From: a virus
Taxonomy: Duplodnaviria; Caudoviricetes
DNA length: 29,162 nt
IMG/VR virus record: IMGVR_UViG_3300035135_001003
Coordinates: 1-29,162 of that record
Reading direction: 5' to 3' (one strand)
The notes below the pieces were generated by a model, which made no database searches, had not been told where the DNA came from, and was given only the letters and a program-made list of their open reading frames with translations. Below, in pieces: positions 17,679 through 26,813 of this stretch. Positions within the stretch are counted from its first letter, which is position 1, and the number at the start of each line of letters is the position of its first letter. A program made the position numbers and the translations under genes.

Positions 17679-20600
17679 ATGAGTTTTAACATTAATTCCG
17701 ATAAAGAGTTTATTAGAGGTTCAAAACCACAACTCATCGGTGATAATGAACTAACCATCAGGGGAGGTACTGGTGCTCTTGAAAGAGAGATCGTCAGAAC
17801 CGAACTTGATGCTGCGACTGGATTACCTCGTGTTGGTATTAACAGAACGGGAGAACGAGTAAACAACATTAACGTTGTTTCTGGTGGTTCTGGATATACC
17901 GTAGTTCCAACTATCACTGTTGATCCGCCAACTACCCCTGGTGGTGTACAAGCACAGGCTTCCGCGTTTATCTTTAACGGACGTGTCATCAACGTTGCTG
18001 TTAACAATCCTGGTTCTGGTTATACCGCTGCTCCCACAGTCACAGTTAGTGGTGGTAATGGACAAGGTGCTTCTCTTGAAGCAGAACTGGATACTGTTGA
18101 CTTTGAACTTGACATCAACGGTGCTATTAGAACGTCAACGTCGATCATTTCAGACACGGCGAGAGTTCTAAACCTTGATATTGACAACTTCGTTACCCCT
18201 GACCTAGAACTCAGAGGTCCAAACTTCAAGACCTATGTTAACAGCAGTGGTACTATCTGGTCTCCAAACGTTATTATTCAGGAGAACTCTTACAGATACT
18301 TTGGTAACAATGTTTATCAAGCACTGAATGCTGGTGAGACTGGTTCACTAGCACCAGAACACACTGATGGTATTGTTGCCAATGGTGAAGTTCAGTTCAA
18401 GCATATTGGTTTCCGTGTAGACGATCCAAATGCATTCAAGTATCAAGACACTGGAGAAGCTGGTGTTTATCCACGTTCTATCACACCTCTACTTGGTGAT
18501 AGATCTGACAAGATTGCGACTACCGAATACGTACTCAACCTAGCAACGAATGACGTTGGTGGTCGTATTTACGTTTCTGAACAGATTGGTTCTGACCTGA
18601 ACGACGGTCGTTCGGCAGTTAACCCTGTTCGTACAATTAAAAAAGCAGCACAACTAGCATGGGCAACTCCTGGTGTTAAAGAAACACTGGTTGTCTCTGG
18701 TGGTGACTACGTAGAAGATAACCCAATCTCTCTACCACCCGACTGTTCAGTTGTTGGTGACAACCTACGTCTGGTAATTATCAGACCTGCAAATGCTAAC
18801 AAGCACATTTTCAAGTTTGGCGATAAGAACTACGTTATTGGTGTTACATATCGCGACCAAATTGACTCCAACGGTGACCCAGTTGCTACTTGGGACTTTG
18901 CTATGGTCTTTGATGACAAGCAAAGAATCACGATCGATAATGAGACCAATGGTGACTTTGGTGTACAGTATCCAATTGGTCACCAAATCTTTGGTCCAGA
19001 TGAATTCCGTGTTACTTTCCAGCAAAATACAGGTTTACAACAACTAGTAACTGGTCTAGAAGTAGTTGGTGTTAACACTGGTTCTAGAGCAAGGCTGATC
19101 GAAGTTAACTTTGATGTAACAACAGGTGCTAGTGCATACATCAATGGTAATGTTGATGTAAGACTGACAAGTGGTTCTTTCATCGCTGGTGAGCAATTTA
19201 GATATATTCTTTCTGGTTCGACTGGATCTCAAATTACAAACCTCACTTGTACTGGTGTTGGTGGAGAAAATAAACTGAGATTTACTGGAACAGATCCAGA
19301 ACCAACCATTCCTGGTGGTACTTATCTGTATCTAGATGATACTACAGATACCTATTTCACCGCTGGTTATTACGAAGTTGCTTCTGTCACACCAGATGAT
19401 GAGAATACCCCAACTTATTGGGATGTTGCTGTTGTACCTATCCTCAATTCCCCAGTATGGGATGCTGTGGGAAATGGAACAATCAATTTGTTCAATGCAA
19501 CTGTAACCACAGAAACATTTGACTCTACAGACATTGTATCGATTAGAGCTGAAGGTGAAGTTGTATCGTATGACGAAGATGTAACCACAACTCTACCCAT
19601 TTCTAGAATTGACTTCTCCTTGCAGAACGATCCTAGTATTTCGCAAGGTGGTTTCCAGAGTGGCATATATGGCAATTCAGAAGACCTAGGTGGCATTGTT
19701 TTCTACACTAGTGCTCTAGTTGGTAGATCGAATACCCACGAATTGAAAGAAGGTCAAGAGATTTTAATTGAAGGTCTGCCTACTAATAACAGTCCTGACA
19801 TTTCTTTCTTGAATGGTAAGCAAAGAATTTATAAGGTCATCGAAGATGCTGATGGTCGTGCTAGAAGATTTGTAATTCCAAAGAAAGTCAACGGATTCTC
19901 TGTATCAGATTTTGACCCAGGACAAAATGCTACGGTAAAGTCTTACTCCAAATCTGTTACTTTATCTCTACTCAACTCACCAAACAAATTTAAACTGTCT
20001 ACTCCTGTAGAAAGAAGATATCAGGATGCTTGCCAGTTACTCAGAAACAACAGAGACTTCATTGCTGATGAGGTTGTTGGGTTTATTAACTCTGAATATG
20101 CAAAGTATCATTACGCTGCATTCAATGTTAGTGGTAATACTTTCGACATTTTCTTAGGAATTAATGCGACTCTTGATACTCATACTTGGGTCAGTGGTGG
20201 TACAGTAACATTTGGTGGTAACACGTATAATGTTACTGGATTTGTGTGGGACAATGCTGGAACAGGTATTGCTACAGTTACAACCAACAATCCAGTTGCC
20301 TCTCTAACAGAAGATGATGTTATCAAGATTGAGAACATGCTTCTGTCTTGTTCCGATGGTCAGAAAACGTATCCAAGTTTCTCTATTCCTGGTAACGATG
20401 AACAGTGCCGTCAAGACGTTGTACACTTCCTCAACGCTATCGTAAGAGACCTTGAGTTTGGATCAAACTTCAACGTTCTTACAGCAGCACAGAAATATAT
20501 TGTAGGATCAGAAATTGGTTTCATCGAAGATGAAATTACACAAAATGTTCGTGGATTTGAATTTGCTAGAGAACTAGCAATCTACGCAATGTGCAACTGG

Positions 20601-23600
20601 AGGATTGGAAACAGAACTGCCAGTGATGATCTATACACTCCTCAGTATTCTTCTTTACCAAGATACTTCGACCCAACGATTATCTCTTCTACGGCGCTAT
20701 TGAATGCTGATGGATCAGCAAATGGTAGTGGAAAGTATTGTGATGATGTCAGAGCTGCTATCGATACTCTATCCTATCTCTGGGTAGATGTAATTAGCAA
20801 TAATGCAACTGGCACATATCTAGATGCTGCATATCTGATTCAGAAGAACAAAGACTTGATTGCTGATGAAGCATACAGAGCAGCACTTGTTCAGTATCCA
20901 TCTCTATCACTCAACAACGTTCAAGAACGTAAGTGTCGTAGAGACATTGTACTAACTCTACGCAATCTCTGTAGAGACTTGGTATTGGGTGGAAATAAAG
21001 GAACAGTAACTGCTGCTGAACTTTACTACGATGGTTTGGCATTGGTTGGTGTACCTGCATCCGAACTACCAGCTACTAGATTTGCTTTCCAGCAAGTTAA
21101 AGATTTAGCAATCGCAGCAATGCGTAACTGGTCTGATGGTAATGTTGCTGCAGTTACACCACAGGGTGCTACCTATAACTCTACATCAGGTCAAGTAACT
21201 GTCACATTCCCTGATCCAACTACAGCACCAACTACCAGCGATAGAATTGCTTTTGCAGAAGAGGCACTAGTATTCAACTGCACTTACAACGGAACACCTG
21301 GAGACCATGCAAGTCCTCTAAGGTTTGATTCTAACTATGGTAACAGTTATGCAATTACTAACGTATCAAGTTCTGGTGGATTAACCACAGTCACATGTAC
21401 TGTACCAAACGCAGGTGCTGCTGCTGGTGTCGCACATACGTTTGTAAGCGCAAAAGCAAATGCTACTCTGATCAATTACGGTCCTACAGCACTAAATTCT
21501 CCAATCCCCAAATTTGAAGATTGGAATATTCTTAAGTCTGGAACTAATCCAACATGCTCTAACGTAGCATCTACCATCACTACATTGATGGATCTTTATG
21601 ATAGCATCTTAGAATATGCTGTTGATCCTGTAAATGGTACAGCACCTGGAGCTACTGTAAAGAATACTGGAACTCTATTTGATGTTGCACCAGTTATCAC
21701 ATATCCAGATAGCTTTATTCAAGATCAAAATAACGTTAGATCTGCTATCAGAGGTACATTTGATGATTTGCCTATCGTTGAGGCATCACCATATACTCAG
21801 AACTCTTCTGTTATCTCCTTCCTAGGTGGTGGCGGTGCTCTAATTGATGGTTCTAAGGTTAAGCAACCTAACTGTCCTTTCCCTGGTCTAGAACTAGATG
21901 GTTCCGCAACCTTCCCCAACCAGGGTAAGTCGATGGTTGCTGCGGCATTCACGATTGTCTCCTTTGGTGGTACAGGATATAAGGTTATTGAAGATGGTTA
22001 CACTCAGTTGGTTTCTGTCTTCGTTATCTTCTGTGCTGATGGTGTCCTTTGTGAGACTGGTGGTTATGCATCCATCACCAACTCTGCTACCAACTTCGGT
22101 CTAAATGCACTGAGAGGAAATGGTTTCCGTAGAGAAGCATATTCGTTCGACGTTGGTACTGTAAGTAATATCTCTGCAACACCAACAGGCAGAACTATTA
22201 TTAGTATTTCTGGTTTAGGTAGAGCTCCACTAGAGCACTACATTGTCAAGATTGATGGATATGAAAATGTCAATCCAGATATCGAATACTTTATTGATGC
22301 TGTTGGACCTGTTGCTGCTGATAACAGTGCAGATCTAACCATTGATGATGGTGTTGGCAGTGGTATGTCACTTAAAGACAAAACCACTGGGCAACCAATT
22401 GCTATTGGAGCTATCACTGGTGCTACCATCAGACTACATAGACCCTCTATCGTTAACTCTTCTTCCCACACTTGGGAATTTGCAGGTTCTGGTACTAACT
22501 ACCTTGCACTACCCGAAAACGGTGGTACTAAGAACGAAGCACTTGAGCAAGTTGGCGGACCATCTGAAAACTATGGTCGTGTTTATGTCTCTGGTACTGA
22601 CGAACTTGGTGACTTTAAGGTTGGTACATTCGCAAGGATTGAAAACAGAACTGGTGCTATCACCTTTACTGGTACGGTTACCATCTCGGAAGTTGAATTC
22701 TTGAAACTGAAGGGTGGCGACGTTGTTGTTACTGGATTCTCTGCAGATAACACACTTGGCGGTGCTACTACAAGTGACTCTGTACTACCTACTCAAAAGG
22801 CGGTTAAGGATTACATCACTAACAACCTTGGTCCATTCATCAACAAACCATACTCCACGAACGCTGTTCCTAGAGCACTGGTCGAACTAACTGATTCTGG
22901 TAAGATTTCTATTGACCAGATCCCAGCACTCAGACCATTTGAAGTTTACACTGTTGCAAACCAAGCAGAAAGACTTGCTATTGAAGGCGCACTTGCTGGT
23001 GACATCGCGATTCAACAGGATACATCACAGTCCTTTATTCTTAACAATGATCTAGACAGTCAGTTCTTAGCGTTCGCTGTTGATCCTACGATTCAGTTTA
23101 CCATTGGCGACATCTTCACTGGTAGTGTATCTGGTGGTCGTGTTCAGGCAACTGAATATAGAACTGGTGTTGTTTATCAGTTGACAATCTCCAACGGTGG
23201 TTCTGGTTATACCCAACCTCCAACAATCACATTCTCTGGTGGTGGACAAGGACTAGGTGCTGTTTCAGCTGCTGCAACTTGCACCATTGCAAATGGAGAA
23301 GTTGTTGCTGTAGAGATTGTAACATTCAATGGATTTAAAGGTGGTAAAGGTTACACCTCTGCTCCTACTGTTACCTTCTCTGCACCTCCTGGACAAGGAA
23401 CTCAAGCACAAGGTAATGCTTTAATCGAAAGCAGACTATACGGTGACATTGTTAATAACATTGCTATTCAGGATACTGATAACATTGACTCCAGTGATAC
23501 ACCAGCAGTAACCGTAAACCTCAGCAGAGTTGTTAACACATCTTCTGGTGATAACAACAACTGGGTATCTCTATCCTCCAACCAAATCGCGGCATCCGAT

Positions 23601-26600
23601 ATTACATCTGGTGTTATTGAGACAGATAGACTTGCTACTGCAGGTGCTGCTAACTCGTTCACATTCCTACGTGGTGACCAGACATACGCTAAGGCGGTGC
23701 AGTCGCTCAAGGGTGCTGAAATCAGATACTTCGATAAGTTAACTGCTCAGGCAAACTCTGGATCCAGTCAACTTGTAATGGCAACGAACGCAAACGTTCT
23801 GATTGGTCACGCAGTTAAAAACACTGTAAGTGGTATTCAACAAAACACCAACATTACTGGTGTTATTACGGTTGGTGGACAGACAACAATTTCTCTGAAC
23901 AACCCACTAACTGCTACGATTCCTCTAGGAACAATCATTGAATTTGAGCGTGGTTCTTCTCCAATTACATTCGATTCTACAGATACACAAGGCAATTTTG
24001 TAGATAGCGTTATCATCGCTAACGGTGGTAGTGGTTATACTGATGGTCAATACTTCGACTTAACCATTACTGGCGGTGCTCCTGGCAGTGGACTTAAGTG
24101 CAACGTCATTGTTTCTGGTGGTGCTGTAACATCTGTAGTCGTTACAGATGGTGGTAGTGGTTATGCTGCTGACTTTGACATCTCTTCTGCTCCAGTTGAG
24201 ATTGGTTCTGGTTCTAGCTTCCTAGGCAAAGCAAAACTATCTACAGTTCTTAGACAGTATGCAAACGTTGCTCTTGACGTACAAAGAGTTACCGATCTAA
24301 CAGTTTCTGCTGACCTGTATGGCACACTGGGTGTTTCCAGATTCAAGAAGTCTCAGTTTAACATCGGTACAGCAGGTAACGGTTCTATCGAACTGAAGAC
24401 TGGTTCTGGATCTGGTCTTGATGCTGACTTCCTAGACGGTGCAGACTCTAGTTTCTATACCAACGCAGACAACTTACAAACTGGTAGAGTTCCAACAGAT
24501 AGACTCGCTGGTACATACAACATTGATATTTCTGGTCAGTCAGTTAGAACGATTAGACTTATCACTGGTACTAACAACCCAACTTCTAACCCAACTCCAA
24601 ACAACTTCGTTACTGGTATTGTTTCTAACACCATTAACAACAGTGCAAACCAACTGAATGATGGTGGAACCAAGAACATGGTTCTTACTCTCAGAGCAGA
24701 TGGTAGCGGTCTAACCGCAATTGGTGGTGTAAGACAACTTGCATTCACCGATAACGACAACATGTATCTCCGTGGTTCTGGAACTGGAGTTACTACCTTC
24801 GGTACATGGGGTAAAGTTTGGACATCCAATAACGATGGTATTGATTCTGGACTAGACGCAGATAGACTTGATAACAGACAGGGTAGTTGGTATCAGAACG
24901 CTCTTAATATCAACTATGGCACACTGTCTGATAACAGAATGCCAAGTTTCCAGAGTGCGGGTGTTATTCGTGATGCCATCACAATCAAGTCCTTCTCTGG
25001 TGATTCCAAGTATAAGATCTACGTTTCTGGTCAAGTTCTTGGTGGAACTCCATTCCTTCCTGGTCAAACTGTCAACCTGTATGACGCAAACGCTCAGGCA
25101 ACTGGTGTTATCTCGATCGATAACATTGTTACCAATAACGTCTCTGACCCAACAGAAGATTACACACTAATCTTTGGTAGACTAACTGCAGGTAACTTCG
25201 TTGGTGCTCTGCAAATTGGTACTGCAAGTGTAAGAGTTACATTCCATGATTTCGCAATCGAAGATGACAACACATTCCAAGTAGCAAGACTTGAAAGTGA
25301 TAGTGGAACTGGTAACCTAAGATTGGGTAGAAAAGATGGTAACTCTTCTTCTCCTGGTATCTACTTCAACTCTTCTCAGTTAGCAGCTAACTATAACGTT
25401 GCTCTTGTTGTAACTGGTGGTAATTCTACTGATGGTTCTGGAACCCTGAATGCTCAGGTTGCCAACGCTGATGGTTTTACGATCAATGGTAACAAGATCT
25501 GGAACACTGGAAACGTTACATTTAACTCTCCAAACATTGTTTCCACTGCTGTTATTCGTGACTCTTCGGGTAACTTCTCTGCTGGAACAATCACAGCAAA
25601 CCTAACTGGTTCTGCATCACTAAACGTCTTGAAAGCTGGTGATGTAATGACAGGTTCACTAACCATTACTGGTGGTGGATCTAACTTCAGCGTAAGTGGA
25701 ACAGCAAGTATGCTTTCTACTGCTAGTGTTGCCGATGACTTCACGGTTGATAGCGGAACTCTATTCGTAGATGCTTCTAACAATAACGTTAGAATTTCTG
25801 GTGGCACTGGCGGAACAAATGCTAATGTCAAACTCCAAATTGATGGATTTGGAACTAGTCAACCAGGAAAAGCAGCACTACATCTTGGATCTGGTAACAA
25901 CTCCAATGTGTTTGATACATCCCAGATCTTCATGGGATATAACAGTGGTCAGAACTACAAGCACGCAATTAAGACTCGCCACAATAGTGGTCAATCTGGT
26001 GAAGGAAATGCTATTGACTTCTACACATGGCAACCTGGACAAGCTGCTAGCGATGCACCAAACAACCACATTATGTCTCTGGTTGGTCGTGCAGGAGGAT
26101 CTGTCGGTATTGGTGTTCAAAATCCAACTTACAACTTACACGTTGATGGTACTGCATATATTGATGACACACTGATCGTACAAAATCAGATCACCATTGA
26201 TACCGACAACGATAACTCTGGTGCTCCACTGGTATTCCGTGGTTCTTCTTCCTACAGAAACTTCAGAATTGGTAACCAGTTGGTTGGCAACAACATCTTT
26301 ACCATTCAAGCATCCACTAACAATGGTGGAACATCTTGGAACTCTACTCCCGCGATTGCTATTCAAGGTAGCAGCAATAGAGTTTCGATTGGAACCACCA
26401 ACACCAGCAGCACCGCTACTGGATCTACTGTTAATTATGGTCTGAACGTCCAAGGTAACTTCAACGTCAATGGTCTTGTTTACCAGAACAACCAACCGTT
26501 CGTTACCTCCAGATGGACAGAAGCACCTAATGGTTCTGATATTTACAGACTCTCCAGAGTTGGTATTAACAGAAGTGGTAACCCACGTTATGATCTAGAT

Positions 26601-26813
26601 GTTGGTAGTGACGTTAACGTTGATGGTACACTAAGAGTCAATCAAGACGTTATGTACCTAGATACTTACGGTATCATTAAGGCAAACCGTCAAGCAATTG
26701 CGGAAAACATCACAATTCCAGCAAACAAATCTTGTATGAGTGCTGGTCCTGTTACTATAAATAATGGATATACAGTCACTATTTCTAACGGATCTAACTG
26801 GAGCGTAATTTAA
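17679..26813 (+). CDS. Giant tail fibre-like structural protein, 3044 aa (split right-handed beta-helix, two phycobiliprotein-like helical domains, trimeric fibre C-terminus)
   Basis: GGSGY modules; beta-helix cap GRIYVS..GSDLNDG.S..PVRTIKKA..GDYVE..P..VVGDNLR, resuming at SPYTQNSS; fibre motifs SGLDADFLDG, WGKVWTSNNDG..SGLDADRLD, INGNKIWNTGN, VGIGVQNPTYNLHVDG; terminal MSAGPVTI..GYTVTI..GSNWSVI. Confidence 0.8.
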   Translation: MSFNINSDKEFIRGSKPQLIGDNELTIRGGTGALEREIVRTELDAATGLPRVGINRTGERVNNINVVSGGSGYTVVPTITVDPPTTPGGVQAQASAFIFNGRVINVAVNNPGSGYTAAPTVTVSGGNGQGASLEAELDTVDFELDINGAIRTSTSIISDTARVLNLDIDNFVTPDLELRGPNFKTYVNSSGTIWSPNVIIQENSYRYFGNNVYQALNAGETGSLAPEHTDGIVANGEVQFKHIGFRVDDPNAFKYQDTGEAGVYPRSITPLLGDRSDKIATTEYVLNLATNDVGGRIYVSEQIGSDLNDGRSAVNPVRTIKKAAQLAWATPGVKETLVVSGGDYVEDNPISLPPDCSVVGDNLRLVIIRPANANKHIFKFGDKNYVIGVTYRDQIDSNGDPVATWDFAMVFDDKQRITIDNETNGDFGVQYPIGHQIFGPDEFRVTFQQNTGLQQLVTGLEVVGVNTGSRARLIEVNFDVTTGASAYINGNVDVRLTSGSFIAGEQFRYILSGSTGSQITNLTCTGVGGENKLRFTGTDPEPTIPGGTYLYLDDTTDTYFTAGYYEVASVTPDDENTPTYWDVAVVPILNSPVWDAVGNGTINLFNATVTTETFDSTDIVSIRAEGEVVSYDEDVTTTLPISRIDFSLQNDPSISQGGFQSGIYGNSEDLGGIVFYTSALVGRSNTHELKEGQEILIEGLPTNNSPDISFLNGKQRIYKVIEDADGRARRFVIPKKVNGFSVSDFDPGQNATVKSYSKSVTLSLLNSPNKFKLSTPVERRYQDACQLLRNNRDFIADEVVGFINSEYAKYHYAAFNVSGNTFDIFLGINATLDTHTWVSGGTVTFGGNTYNVTGFVWDNAGTGIATVTTNNPVASLTEDDVIKIENMLLSCSDGQKTYPSFSIPGNDEQCRQDVVHFLNAIVRDLEFGSNFNVLTAAQKYIVGSEIGFIEDEITQNVRGFEFARELAIYAMCNWRIGNRTASDDLYTPQYSSLPRYFDPTIISSTALLNADGSANGSGKYCDDVRAAIDTLSYLWVDVISNNATGTYLDAAYLIQKNKDLIADEAYRAALVQYPSLSLNNVQERKCRRDIVLTLRNLCRDLVLGGNKGTVTAAELYYDGLALVGVPASELPATRFAFQQVKDLAIAAMRNWSDGNVAAVTPQGATYNSTSGQVTVTFPDPTTAPTTSDRIAFAEEALVFNCTYNGTPGDHASPLRFDSNYGNSYAITNVSSSGGLTTVTCTVPNAGAAAGVAHTFVSAKANATLINYGPTALNSPIPKFEDWNILKSGTNPTCSNVASTITTLMDLYDSILEYAVDPVNGTAPGATVKNTGTLFDVAPVITYPDSFIQDQNNVRSAIRGTFDDLPIVEASPYTQNSSVISFLGGGGALIDGSKVKQPNCPFPGLELDGSATFPNQGKSMVAAAFTIVSFGGTGYKVIEDGYTQLVSVFVIFCADGVLCETGGYASITNSATNFGLNALRGNGFRREAYSFDVGTVSNISATPTGRTIISISGLGRAPLEHYIVKIDGYENVNPDIEYFIDAVGPVAADNSADLTIDDGVGSGMSLKDKTTGQPIAIGAITGATIRLHRPSIVNSSSHTWEFAGSGTNYLALPENGGTKNEALEQVGGPSENYGRVYVSGTDELGDFKVGTFARIENRTGAITFTGTVTISEVEFLKLKGGDVVVTGFSADNTLGGATTSDSVLPTQKAVKDYITNNLGPFINKPYSTNAVPRALVELTDSGKISIDQIPALRPFEVYTVANQAERLAIEGALAGDIAIQQDTSQSFILNNDLDSQFLAFAVDPTIQFTIGDIFTGSVSGGRVQATEYRTGVVYQLTISNGGSGYTQPPTITFSGGGQGLGAVSAAATCTIANGEVVAVEIVTFNGFKGGKGYTSAPTVTFSAPPGQGTQAQGNALIESRLYGDIVNNIAIQDTDNIDSSDTPAVTVNLSRVVNTSSGDNNNWVSLSSNQIAASDITSGVIETDRLATAGAANSFTFLRGDQTYAKAVQSLKGAEIRYFDKLTAQANSGSSQLVMATNANVLIGHAVKNTVSGIQQNTNITGVITVGGQTTISLNNPLTATIPLGTIIEFERGSSPITFDSTDTQGNFVDSVIIANGGSGYTDGQYFDLTITGGAPGSGLKCNVIVSGGAVTSVVVTDGGSGYAADFDISSAPVEIGSGSSFLGKAKLSTVLRQYANVALDVQRVTDLTVSADLYGTLGVSRFKKSQFNIGTAGNGSIELKTGSGSGLDADFLDGADSSFYTNADNLQTGRVPTDRLAGTYNIDISGQSVRTIRLITGTNNPTSNPTPNNFVTGIVSNTINNSANQLNDGGTKNMVLTLRADGSGLTAIGGVRQLAFTDNDNMYLRGSGTGVTTFGTWGKVWTSNNDGIDSGLDADRLDNRQGSWYQNALNINYGTLSDNRMPSFQSAGVIRDAITIKSFSGDSKYKIYVSGQVLGGTPFLPGQTVNLYDANAQATGVISIDNIVTNNVSDPTEDYTLIFGRLTAGNFVGALQIGTASVRVTFHDFAIEDDNTFQVARLESDSGTGNLRLGRKDGNSSSPGIYFNSSQLAANYNVALVVTGGNSTDGSGTLNAQVANADGFTINGNKIWNTGNVTFNSPNIVSTAVIRDSSGNFSAGTITANLTGSASLNVLKAGDVMTGSLTITGGGSNFSVSGTASMLSTASVADDFTVDSGTLFVDASNNNVRISGGTGGTNANVKLQIDGFGTSQPGKAALHLGSGNNSNVFDTSQIFMGYNSGQNYKHAIKTRHNSGQSGEGNAIDFYTWQPGQAASDAPNNHIMSLVGRAGGSVGIGVQNPTYNLHVDGTAYIDDTLIVQNQITIDTDNDNSGAPLVFRGSSSYRNFRIGNQLVGNNIFTIQASTNNGGTSWNSTPAIAIQGSSNRVSIGTTNTSSTATGSTVNYGLNVQGNFNVNGLVYQNNQPFVTSRWTEAPNGSDIYRLSRVGINRSGNPRYDLDVGSDVNVDGTLRVNQDVMYLDTYGIIKANRQAIAENITIPANKSCMSAGPVTINNGYTVTISNGSNWSVI
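26756..26763 (+). promoter_or_regulatory. Intragenic late promoter (perfect TATAAATA) upstream of the adhesin cassettes
   Basis: Perfect consensus 49 nt upstream of ATG 26813, encoded by act ata aat aat; GGAG SD at 26800-26803. Confidence 0.7.

Noticed and set aside
17679-26813. Intein, intron or frameshift explaining the giant ORFs
   Set aside because: No intein splice motifs, homing endonuclease motifs or frame breaks were noticed. The size is explained by structural modules.
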